A DNA stretch of 64,000 bases. Origin: Saccostrea cucullata (taxonomy: Eukaryota). The stretch's first letter is position 1. Every line of letters begins with the position of its first letter. The notes beneath the pieces were generated by a model that saw only the letters and a list, made by a program, of their open reading frames with translations, ran no database searches and was not told the DNA's origin. Made by a program: the position numbers and the translations under genes. The stretch covers positions 62,001-126,000 of the forward strand of contig NW_026928331.1 in NCBI RefSeq assembly GCF_032062105.1, written 5' to 3'. Below are positions 1 through 12,800 of this stretch, one piece after another.

Positions 1-884
1 AGTTAAAAACATATTGCTAGATAACGATACAAGTGAAATGAACCAAATTCACAAGACTGATAAACATGTACGGAGACGGTGATTTTGCACATTAAAAGTT
101 TTTAAAAAGTTATCTGCCCTTGATGAATAGAGGAAAATTCTTGATTTCTCAAAATTTCTGCAGAAAATAATTCATTTTATTTCATACTTTAATAAAGAGG
201 GAATTTATGCATATTATTGTCAAGAGATTTGCATGTGCTGCCCATAGACTTCAATGTAAAATTCAAGGTGAAATTAATTGGACAATAATCATAATTTTGT
301 AAATTCCTTTGGTGGAGCATTTTTATTTGATAACATCTTCAAAATGCTACCCTGATTAAAAATACTGGACCATTCATTTATCAGGTACAAAATATGGTCA
401 TTATACATTGAATACCTTAAAATTGACAATTTCTCTCCAAATTTGCTCTGATTATTGACACCTTAGTAATGCAAAACTTTTCTTCCAAAATTTAAACATT
501 GAAAATATATTAAGAATGAAAGAAAAGTGTGTTCAATTTTGCCATATCTTTAACATGACCCATCCAAATGTACAAATGACTATTGATCTGTAACCTTGAT
601 CTTGAAGTTTGAATAAAAAAAATCAGAGAAATTTTATATTGGTTTACAAATTTTAAAATTTTATGACTGAATGACAGAAAGTAAGACAGGAAAATTAGTA
701 TCAATGTCATCTCACATAAGTGTATGGGTGGGCAGTATTTGAACCAGTAACGAAAAGTATTATGTGCCTTACCAGTGACATATTTTGGGATACAGGATCT
801 GCGAAAGATGTTAAAATCAAAAAAAGCGTAAGATTAGGGTATTTAAGAGTATATTAGGTAAATAACAAACATTGATTTATGTGA

Positions 885-3800
885 TCAACCAAAGGCAGGC
901 CCCGATGTGGTCGCAGTCAAGCTATGACTGTAATCAGCAACTGTCATATCTGTCAAACAATAAGACAAATATACAATTGAATTAATTTTCAAAAAATTAA
1001 GAACACTAATGTCAAGAGAAAGAAAGAATAATATAGATAACTATTTTTAACTAGTACCTTTTTAATCATAAATTATACTTCTAGTCTAATGTAATTGTTC
1101 GATGGCCATTCAAAAATATTTACTAATCGAATTAACGAGGCCCAATCTAATTTGAAATTACGAAAACGGAATGATAAAAAAATTAATTCTTGGAAATATA
1201 TTCGTATGTATTATGCTAAGAAAAATTAGAATGAAATTTTGTTACCTTGCCTTTATTGGAGTTAAATTGGGGCACTTTCAAGATATGGACCATTTTTCGT
1301 GCTTTTATACATAATTACATTCTAAAACTCTCAAATAAACAAAGGAATTGACAAATCAAAAAAAATAAATGATGAAATGTTTTGTTTTTCATATATATCA
1401 TACAATTTTCGTTCCTCTTTTGAAAAATAAAAGGAGAATTGGAGGTAGCCTTTATTGTAGTGAAAAGGGGGCATATCAAAACACAAAAAGAAGTTTTATT
1501 TTATCCAACTAGATATTTTATAGGTCGCAATGAGTTTACATTTTATCAAAAAAACGATTGTAACACTGTATTAAGTTCTAAAAATTAAATAATTCTTACA
1601 TTATGAAATGATTTTCTCTCGATGCTTTATTTTTACTTAACAGACGTTGTTTTACATGGGAAAAGGGGGATCGGGGGAGGGGTTAAAGGCGTCAAAATTA
1701 CGAATTTTACTAATATCATGTAATATATAGAATAACAAAATATTTTGGGGGTTGCATTTAAATGATTCATAGACTTTTTTTTTAACTCGAGCTAATCCAT
1801 GCATATTTAAGTCCTAAATACAAAAGGGTGTGTATAAACAGTTCCACATGTTTAAGGAGAAAGACAAAAATCGTTTACTTTAATTTCTGTTGCAGTGTTT
1901 GTTTAATTTTTTTCTAACTCACAAACTGAAATAAAATAAGATAAAAGCAATGAATGTGTACCAAGAAATTGATACCTCAAAATAAATTATGTTCAAGAGT
2001 CGTTTATTATTTAAAAAAATATTTTTAAAAAAACATGTAAAGAATAGAAATAACAGAATGAACCAGCTTTCAACATGCACAGGCACAGACCAGAGAGCTA
2101 AAAGCGAAACATTATTGCGCAATTTGACGTCATTTTAATTGTGACGTCATTGTACTCAATTGTGACGGTAGTCATGGGTATTATGCCGTGCCTGAGTCGA
2201 CGCTGCGTTAAAACGTATACGCAGATCAAGTAGATTGGGCCTCGTTAAATCGAGTTTATATGCATTACATTTGTAGGGGAAAAAAACCAGGTAAGTATTT
2301 ATTTTTATTTTATATGAACTGTTTTAGTGTTCCCATGATTTCAATGCAAAATTACCAAAACAAACTTAAAATAACAACAGATATTCAATAAACAAGGCGG
2401 AAAAAGCCACCCATTCCAATTCTAAGTATACATGCTCATCCATGCACTCATCCACTAACCCCCATTTACATTCTCTTCATCTTTGTTGTGAGGCATCAAC
2501 AATTAAAGAAGACGGTAACCAATATTTTTTTTTTTCAAACTTGTGACACCTACTTTTCCTGAGGTCAAAACAGTCAGCAGCATTACACCTGTCTCCCTTA
2601 CAACAAGCATCACATATTCGCGTTCCTATATCACCATAAATAACTCTTCCACGTCTTCCGTGAATGGTCGAATGTGCCATCTCATTTTCTACCATGGCAA
2701 GACACGCCTTCACAAAATTAAAAAAATATATATTTTAATTTTCATATCTCTGAGTTTCAAAATTTACAAATGTAAGTATAAACTTATATTTCATCCTTTA
2801 AAATTTTCAATTCATTCGAAAGAAAAAGATTAAATTACTAAGAAAGGGCTGGAGACAGATAATTTTTTTTTTTTTGATAATTCTTCATTTTTAGGTTTGA
2901 AAAAAAATTCAATAATATGAATCAAATAAGCTTTAAATTTCTTAAAGTCAACAACAACATTCTTTAATGCATAACAAAAAACATCAGTTGTGTTTCTAAA
3001 CATCGACCCGAGCTTTGTTAATGTTTCGGTTTTATTTGGAATTGTTTAATTTGTTCATTGAGCGCAAAATGAAATATATGGAGGTAACAAAGAGTATTTG
3101 AGCCAAAATTTCCATTAAACAATGTAGAATAGAATTGATTGTATGTTGTTTAAAATCCCTCTCGAGAATTCTTCACTCATGTGGAGACGCCACCACTTGC
3201 AGGTGGAGAGCTAAAAAATTTGGCCTATTCTCAGCATTCGGGGTCATTGAGCAGGAAAGGTTTTTTTCTTCGTGCCAATACCTACTAATTACACAGGGCC
3301 TCGGTTTATAGTTCCATCCAGAGGACCGGTCTCCATGTCCCACAGTAAGATTCAACTCCTTCCTTCGCGACTCCAGAGCAGATGCCCTAACCATTTCGCC
3401 GCGCGCTGTAGAATAGGGGAGAGACACCAAACAAAGACACTCCAAAACATCAGAGGTGAGATTAGGTGCCAAGGGGGAGTGAGCATCCCTGCGGACCTTG
3501 CCATGCTCTCTTTGTCGTGATCTGAAAACTGGAAATTAAGGGAAAATTCGTCGACAATTAATTCAGTATATATAATTGCGTAACAAATAGTATGAAAAAC
3601 GTCAGTCAGTATTTGACTACATGATCAATTGTATTTGTTATTAAGGTCATTGATTCGATCATACTTACGAAAATTAATGATGACTTTAAAAGAGACTGTT
3701 TATATTCTTGTTTCACCAACTTGTGTGTCAATAACTTACCTCGTTATAAATATTTTTAAAACGTAGAGCAGACTCTTGCGTATCGAATCAAGTGAAAGAT

Positions 3801-6800
3801 ATAAACCCCGTATCTAGATGACGATGGGTACATGTATATTGCTGCATAAGTAATGGAAGTTGACGATTGAGAAGTTAAATCATTTTGTTTGTCATGAAGC
3901 TTGGTTGTATGATTACCTTTCATGTCTTTTTCAAGTCAAATATTTAAACATGAAAGAGATGTGTCAAAATTTAAAAACTAGTACTGGTGAGTTGGTGTGC
4001 TTTTGCACATTTCTAAACTGAATTCTTTAATTCCCAATTTGATGTTTTTCGTTTATTAATCTCAAAATACAGCCTCAACCTAACACCAGAACCCTTAATC
4101 TAGGGGCGTAAAAATTCAGAATTTTAGAAGATACATGCTTGCTCAACATTACTATGTATCCAGATTATCGGCTTAACGATCTAGTTTGAAATTACGAAAA
4201 CGGAATGAAAAAAAAATTAGTTCTTGGAAATATATGAGGGGTTATCAAAAAGTTCGTGGACTGAGGCTATAGAATTAGTACTATGATGTCTGGGCTTATA
4301 AAAGTTATAAGAAATATAAAACAACAAAAAATAAAGAAATGTTGATAATTTTAGCTTGATACGTTCTTTATTTCCCAAATTATTATAAAATAAAAACGAC
4401 ATTATATGATCACCCGGCGCCGTCGCCGCTTTGTTTCATGATGTCCGACAACGTCATTACTTTTCAATACCCGCGTCTTCTACCTCGTACACTTATTTTG
4501 ATGAGATTCCCTAGAGCTGAGTAAGTACTTCAACCCGTCTTGTCTTCAAGAAGCTTTAAATACATATATTATTGCAAATGGATTTATACATTGCGAGAGA
4601 TCCTCGCTTGATTTTGCCAGCATATTTTGTTTTTTTGAAATTTAATATAGCTAAAATACATGATCAACGTCATTATTTGACGTAATAGACTTTTCAAACC
4701 TTGACTACAAATCAACATTAACTTTGCATCCCTTTTCTCTCTGAATCTATTTTGGCATTAAAAAACAAGAAATCTGGATGCATATTATTTCTCTGTGGCC
4801 AGTTTAAACATTTCCTAGGTGTATACCAGTTTTTCCAGGGGCAATACTTTATAGAGTGTTGAAAAATGAAACCCCTCCCCCCTTTTGACGTCATTTTCAA
4901 GGCAATGTTTGTTTCGATACTCCATGTAAAGTTTACAATAAAATTTCACAGAACATCCAGAATTAGGTAAAAATTCCATATTTTATGGAACAATAGTGTC
5001 CCAACAAATACCTGAATTAACGGGATTTTGGATGTCAAATGTTCATATCAAAATAGTTTATCTAATAGTTACACTGACGTCATCATTTGAATTGTGACGT
5101 TATTGTAGTCAGTTGTGACGGCAGTCAAGGGTACTGTGATGTAACTGAGTCGACGTTGCGTTAAAACGCATGCGCAGATCAAATAGATCGGTCCTCCTTA
5201 ATAACCAAGGAACAGAGAAGATTTTCGAGGAAAAAATGTATTTTCACTATACTGCAGCTGTATAACCATTAGAGCCCCGCAAAAACACCAGAACCCTGAC
5301 CCAGATCCAATAGTAACTATGTACCTAGATCATTGGTTTAGTTACCCATGAACATTCCACTTTTCGGAAAAGAAATGCATTTTCATTATACATGTATAAT
5401 CAATAGCGTCCCGCCTTAAAACCAGAACCCCTTGGCCTGAAGCAGGGGCCATAAAATCTACAATTTTGAAAGAGGCAGTTTGCACATCATGACTCTGCGT
5501 CTAGTTTCATAGGCAAAGAAGAGGATTTTTAAGTGAAATAATGCATTTTTACTATATATTCAACAAAGGCCAATCCTAGCATCAGAAACCCTGACCCTGA
5601 GGACATGAATTACAGATTTAATTGTACATTTTAGAGATAAATATGTAAAAGTTACAGATCAAAGTGTGAAATTTACAGATTATGGAAAATGAAATTTAAA
5701 AAAAATGAAAGTAACAGCATAATGTGTAATACTCTGAAGTCAAAATCAGGCATTAAAGTGTATTATATACTTTTGAACGTGTATAATTTACAGATAAAGG
5801 ATTTAAGTGCAAAATGAAAATGAAATTTAATTTTACAAAAAAAATTACAAGTGTGAAATTTACAACAAAAAAATAATGTGTAATTCTCTGAAGTCGACAT
5901 CAAAAAGATGCTTGGGTTTCTTATTGGCAATATCTATGTTGTTTTGGAGACAAGGTCTTCCAACAATCTGTTGGAATTCTCATGGGTAATAACTGCATCC
6001 CGTTATTAGCAGACCTGTTTTTGTATTCATATGAAGCAGAATTTGTACAAAATCTTATGCATGAAAAGAAGAAAACACTTGCTGTGGCCTTCAGCTCTAC
6101 ATTTACATATATCGACGACGTATTGTCAATTAACAATTGTAGTTTCCATTCCTATGTCGATACGATATATGCTGGTGAACTTGAGATACAAGATACCACA
6201 GAGTCTGACACATCTGTTTCATACTTGGATATTTTACTTGAAAAAGACGTTAATGATAATCTAACAACCAAGCTATATATATATGATAAATGTGATGACT
6301 TTAACTTTTCTATCGTCAACTTTCCTTACTTATGCAGCAATATACCTTCATCAACTTCAAACGGAGTTAATGTATCACAGTTGATTCGATATGCAAGAGC
6401 ATGCTCCATGTATGAACAATTTCTAAAACGAGGTATATTATTGAAAAACACGTTGATGAAACAAGAATATATACGGTCTCATTTAAAGTCATCATTTCAT
6501 AAGTTCTATGGTCGATACAATGACCTTGTCAGCAAATATAATTTATCATTGAGTCAAATGCTGCCTGACGTTTTTCATACTTATTATTAGTCCATTATTT
6601 ACACACTTATTGACGACAGATTTTTCCGTTATTTCCCGATCATGACAAGGACCACATGGCGGGTGTGATCGGTCGGCAGGGAAAGTTCACTCATCCATGG
6701 CACCTGATCCCACCTCTGATGTTTTGGAGGTCCGTGTTTGCTCTGCTCCTGTTGTGTATTTTTTTTTATGAACTTTTGATCTTGAATACTGTTCGTTATA

Positions 6801-9800
6801 TCCATGTTTCACGTAACCGCTTCCGTAGCAATGGTATTTTTTTTTAATATCAAGCATTACAAAATAACCAACTTACACGTTCATCATAGCAACCAAAAAC
6901 ATATCGAATAGCCGTGCCAACAATGCGGATTCCAGTAAAACAAACCTGTAATGATAATTTAAATCTATCGGAATTAACATTACTGTTTGTATTATAATGA
7001 TATAAGTAGGATTTACCTGTATGTGTAGTTTTTCCACTCATATTTTATTATTTTATTTTTCAGGTATTGATGAAAAAAGATTATATATAATGGTCCTTCT
7101 TTCCCGGACTTCTTCGAAATTATTATCCCTGAATGCACAGATCTAGAAGGGGGGGGGGGGTCAGGACCCCCCCCCCCCCCCCCCTGGAATTTACCAGGTT
7201 AAAAAATGTATATACTAAAACAAGAAAAAAATTACCATGGAAACCCCCCTTTTTTTTTATTTGCTTGTCAAGAAATTTCTGGGATTGGATTTTTTTTTTT
7301 GACTGGAAAAAATTTCTGGATCCGCGCCTGCCCTGCCTTGTTTATTTTTTATTACATACTAGACATTCTAGACTAATTACTATGCTAACGAAAGAGTAGG
7401 GTTTTTCTTGTTTTAAACCAAAAATAAATGGTTATATGGTTATAAATGATTCAAAAGTAAATCGACCCGCTTCTATTTGAGTTTCCGTCATTCCACTTAT
7501 AAACTTTCTAGACATGATATCTTAAGCTTATAAACTTTCTAGACTTACCTCATTGGGAGGACAGAGAGCAACGGAAGAACAAGCACCAACGCTACTGTGT
7601 ACTCCTTGACAGACAATACAACCATAGTTCTCCCTTGTAGGAGCTAAGATAAAATAAAATACTGTAAAATTACAGATTTTCTTGGGGGGGGGGGGGGCGA
7701 TTTTAAAGGCTTGAGTAAAATATGATTGACATGTTGGTCCTGTAAATGTATTATAATTGGCGTGTACGATATTTGGCGGAAATTAAATCTTCAACCAGTT
7801 AGCGTAGATTTGATATAGCGTTATCTGAATGTGCTAGATATACCTGTATGATTTACAATGCATTTAGCGATGTACTTGATTTAGCGGACTCTGCTTACCG
7901 CCAAAATCGCTCATTAGAATACACCGCTAAATGTAATACGTTTACAGTATTTCATGGTTGACGAAGTGTTCAGTGAATTTTAAATTTTATGTTTTGTGGT
8001 GGTCATAAATTTGTGGGTCTCTCTTCATAAACAACGAAAATTAGACAAACACGAAATATGTGATTTCACAGTACATTTTATCGCCTTATTTATTTAATCC
8101 ATCGGATATTATGCAAAGTCAGCACATTACTTAGAAACTTCTTATAATATAGTAAACTATAGAAAACATGCCTACAGTACTTTATATTGTGTCCCTATAT
8201 AGATTTTTTTTTTTAGAAAAATTATTGCTTTGCTGGTTTTCTTGTTCATCAAGGAATTTTTTTTTGATTGTGCCCAGTCATCCCCACAACAGTTAACTGG
8301 AAATATTTCGTTGCTCCCCTATTCAATCTGAAAAATTATATTTCTAGTAAACCAAGTACCATTGTACAAATACTGAATTACTTAATATTATTGTATGATT
8401 TTGCGAATTAAGGAACCTTCATCGAAGAAAAATGTCATTCAAAAGGACAGACTGGAGATATTCCCAAATATTAAAGCACTGTTATTGCCCAGGTCTCACT
8501 GCAAATGTTTCATCTGTCAGATGTTGAGCATATTTATCAATATATATTTATAATATATAACAAATCAGTTTGAATGAAGGAAAGTCATGTCAACCTTACT
8601 ACAAAGTTAACATTTTTTCTATTTTCAATATTTGATGGTAATATCTTTTGCTCTAAATAATTATATTAGACAAGAGTGGAACGTTTCAAATTTCTAATAT
8701 GGTCATTGTAAATTTTTAACATGCAGTTTTATTCATTGTATTATTCATAAATGACAATACCACTGTCTAATAAACTGAACAAAACGCTGGGTTTGTGGGT
8801 CTTTTCCCGTTGCTTTTGTTGCTTTTATATCTAAACATTATTTCACTTTTGAGCGTTTACTACATGTAATTCAAGAATTATGTCAATTTTACACCGAATG
8901 TTAAAATGACTCTTGACTGTGATATGATAAAATAATTCCATGTTTTTTGTCCTTACTACATTCCAAATACATGTATAGAGAATTTAAACTTTTCAGCTCT
9001 CGGTTAAACATTATGTATGCTTAGAGGTGGAGCTAACATCGTAAGAATATTAGACTACATAAACAATAATGTCATCTATAAAAGCACGAGATTACGCTTT
9101 CCCATCACTCTTTTATTAATAGCACAAGTACACTATTAACAAAAGATTCAAATCTAAATTAACAGTATAAGCACGTCCATTTAAGTAAAGCATATTTGTC
9201 GATGCCTGACAAACTTACGACTTTTTGACATTACATATATACAAGTAATCACACGAAAAATTCAAGGACTAGCTATAGGCTTTTTGACACCATTGATAGT
9301 TGCTTGTTAAATAAAAATGGAACTCGTCTGTTTACTTACCTTGTAATTGGTCATTTGCAAAATTACTTTGTTAAAATAACAATCTCATTGTACACACAAG
9401 TACTCTAAAGTTGATATAAAAAGACGCTCGAGTTTCTGATTGACAATATTTATGTGGCTTTTGGGTACCAGATCTTCGAACAATATACCGGGTATTCGAA
9501 TTCCAATGGGTAGCAATTGTGCCCCCTAATTAGCAGATCTATTTTTGTAATCATTTGAAACAGAATTTGTTTAAAATCCTTTACGTTAAAAGAAAACACC
9601 ACCATAGGTGTTCAATTCGACATTGAGAATTATCGACGACGTATTTTCAATTAACATACTAATTTCGATTTTTATGTCGAAAAAAACATATCCCAGTAAG
9701 CTTGAAATAAAATATACCACAGAATGTTTCACACATCTGTTTCACATTTTGGATATTTTTCTAGATGCTATTGGTTACATGTACCTAACAACAAATCTTT

Positions 9801-12800
9801 ATGATAAACATGATTTTTCAATCGTCAACTTCCCTTACTCATGCAGCAAGTACCTTTGTCACCTTCATACGAAGTATATATCTCTCAATTGATTCGATGT
9901 TCTACATACGAAAAACTTCTAAAACGATGTAGGTTATTTACAAACAAATTGATGAAGCAAAAATATGAACTGTAACAAAATGAAAATTCAGTTAAACTGG
10001 CCTTGAAAGGGTCATTCCATGACCTTTATAATGATCTTGTCAGCAAATACACTTTTTAAAGTCATACTGATAAATAAAAGACTATTATTTATAATTACAG
10101 ACTGAGTTGTCGTCGGATTTTTTCGAGTTTTTTTTTTCGAACATGACAATGAGCACACGGCGGGTGTGACCGATTGGCAGGGGATGCTCAATCCTCAATG
10201 GCACCTGATCCCAACTTTGATTTATTAGATGTCCGTATTTGCTCTGCTTCAATTTTGTATTGTTAGATGGACGTTGAGCTTAAATACTGTTCGTTATATC
10301 CATATTTTAATTAGCGCAAAACATGCTACGTTACACGTCACGTGGCGTAGTATTCACAAAGTTAACAAAGTTAACTGAGGTAAGAAATCACATTGTAAAT
10401 TATGATATTAAGCATGCCACAACCACAGGGGCATCTTATACACTCTGTTTTCTACATCACATGTGTATTTTTTGTATATGTGAAGTAGAGAACAGATTGG
10501 ATCAGATGCCCCTGTGCCACAACCCTTGATTACAAGAGAGAGAGCGAATGTTAGAAGAAGCAGTTTTTCCTCTTTTAAACCATGAGCGCATCATTGTTTG
10601 TTAATCTCCTTTTGATACAAGATTATTAATGCAAATATACAACTATTGTTACATGAAATCGGAGAACAAAAGACAAACATGCGCTAACTATGTGTGAAGT
10701 CAATGAAAAAGTGGGCATCCTCATTATCGCACAGAAAATGAAGAAATTGTGATGTTAGTTGTGATGATCCCCGCTTTTAATCATAGCTTCTTACCTCGTT
10801 AATAAATACTAGTACTTTCATTTCATGTAATTATGTAAAGTTTAGACTATGTTGACCATGTCTGCAATTTAATGAAAAAACATTGTTTTAAAAGTTTATT
10901 TTGTCGCAATTTTTACAGGTTCTTATGTGCAATCAACCTTTAAATTCCTATCTTTGTGGGTATTGTAACACTGTCAAAACTTTTGCATCTTTCTTCTTAG
11001 TGAGACATGACATGTTGGGATATTTAAAAATAAAGTTATAAAATAACAAAATAATTAATTTTTATACAGTGTAAACCGTCTAATCTGACAGTAGTTCAAT
11101 CCTTTATACTGTGAATACCGACGTTCAATTTCTTTAACATTTCACTATTTTTCATGTGTTATACACTGTCAAAACCGACATCCTGTCCATTCTGACACAA
11201 AATTTGTCATCCAAGATTAGACCTATTTCATATATTCATGAGAAAGCAATTTTAAAAACAAAATGCAGGTCATCAAGAATCTATTTCAATGGAAATGAAT
11301 AAGGCTGTCTCCTTCTTCATGTTCTTTTTTATCTTATATTTTAACAAGATATGTGCAATATGTCTCTGACATATTCAACTGAACTTGATTAAATTAAACT
11401 GGAAATCTTTAAACTTTATGATATAACCACAATGGCAAAAATAAAATTATTCCGTCTCTTGTGTAAGGTACTTAGAAATGCAACGTTCGTATTGTTCTCT
11501 CGCCTACCTCCAAGTCAATTTCTAAAACTTAACGTATTTCAATAGGTTTTATCAGAGATGTTTATATAAATTAATTTTCATAAAACAGTACTTATTTGGG
11601 AAAACAAAGAGAGCTGAGGACAAAGTTACATTATGGTTACATTATGGTAAAATTAATCTTGTGTTAAATACGCAAAAAAAATCCCTCCCCCCCGGTAAAA
11701 CGAAAAAAAACTATTTACAGGAAATATGGGTTCTTGTTGCACAATTTCATACCAACACTTTTTGTGTTTCATAAGGGGAACATCACTTAATCACTTAATC
11801 ACTACTAATATCTACATGTTCGTTATACTTACTAAGACCACACAGTTTAGAATTACATGGACCATAAATGTCCGGAGCATCAGAGCAACAATCGGTACAG
11901 ATAACTAGTTGTCGTCTTCTCCTAGCATGACTACCACCACACACCTACAACGATAGTCTCATACTTAAGAGAGGTCTGAAACAGGCTAGCTTATCATTTA
12001 CTGAACACATAAAACTAAACTCCAAAATTACCATTACCATTTGTTTTTAATTGTTTTGAACTGGAAGTGCACAAGTGCGTACAGAGATACATATATTCAT
12101 GACTCTAAAAGGACAGCAATTCATGTACAAACCTGTTTCGAACGACAGCCTGCATCATATCTTGTAATCATATCGACCCCCAGGTATTTATCCAAATAAC
12201 AATCCTAAATAAGATAAACAAAAATATATTTTTCAATTATGACATAATTTCACTGCTTATATCAAGGGATATGCATTGAAAAGAAAATCAAGCTTTAAGA
12301 AGTGAGATAGAAGTAAAATAATGCTTCATGTAATTATTTAGTCCCAACTCTATAAATCTTACCTCGTTAACACCACAAACGGCACGTTTCGTACATTCTG
12401 ATATATCTGTTGCTCCAATACAATGCGTACATGTTTTAGCGTAGAGTGATCCTATTGTAAAAACTAGAGGTAATGTGAGCAATGAGCTCACTAAATGATA
12501 CCCCACCCCCCCGCCTTCTATATGGCTATAATGGCAAAGTCCATGTTTTGCTGTGGCTGGGAAACCCAAAATATGTGTCGGGTCGTACAGTAAAATAGGA
12601 GGTGCACAATGGCAATATGTAATAAAGATTCTGTGAAAATTTCATCAAATTTCACTCAGTGGTATAAGAGGAGTTGCGGATAAGAGATAGGTACCCCAAA
12701 GCGTAACAGACAGACGGACGGACGGACGTACAGAAAGACGGACTGACGGACTTACCGATTACAGTATACCCTCCCACTTTTCAAGCGGGGGGTATAATAA

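Noticed and set aside
5982-6590. 202-aa ORF as a host gene or domesticated RT
   Set aside because: It is a 5'-truncated Penelope-like RT with substitutions in conserved motifs, and several decayed copies of the same family occur in the window.
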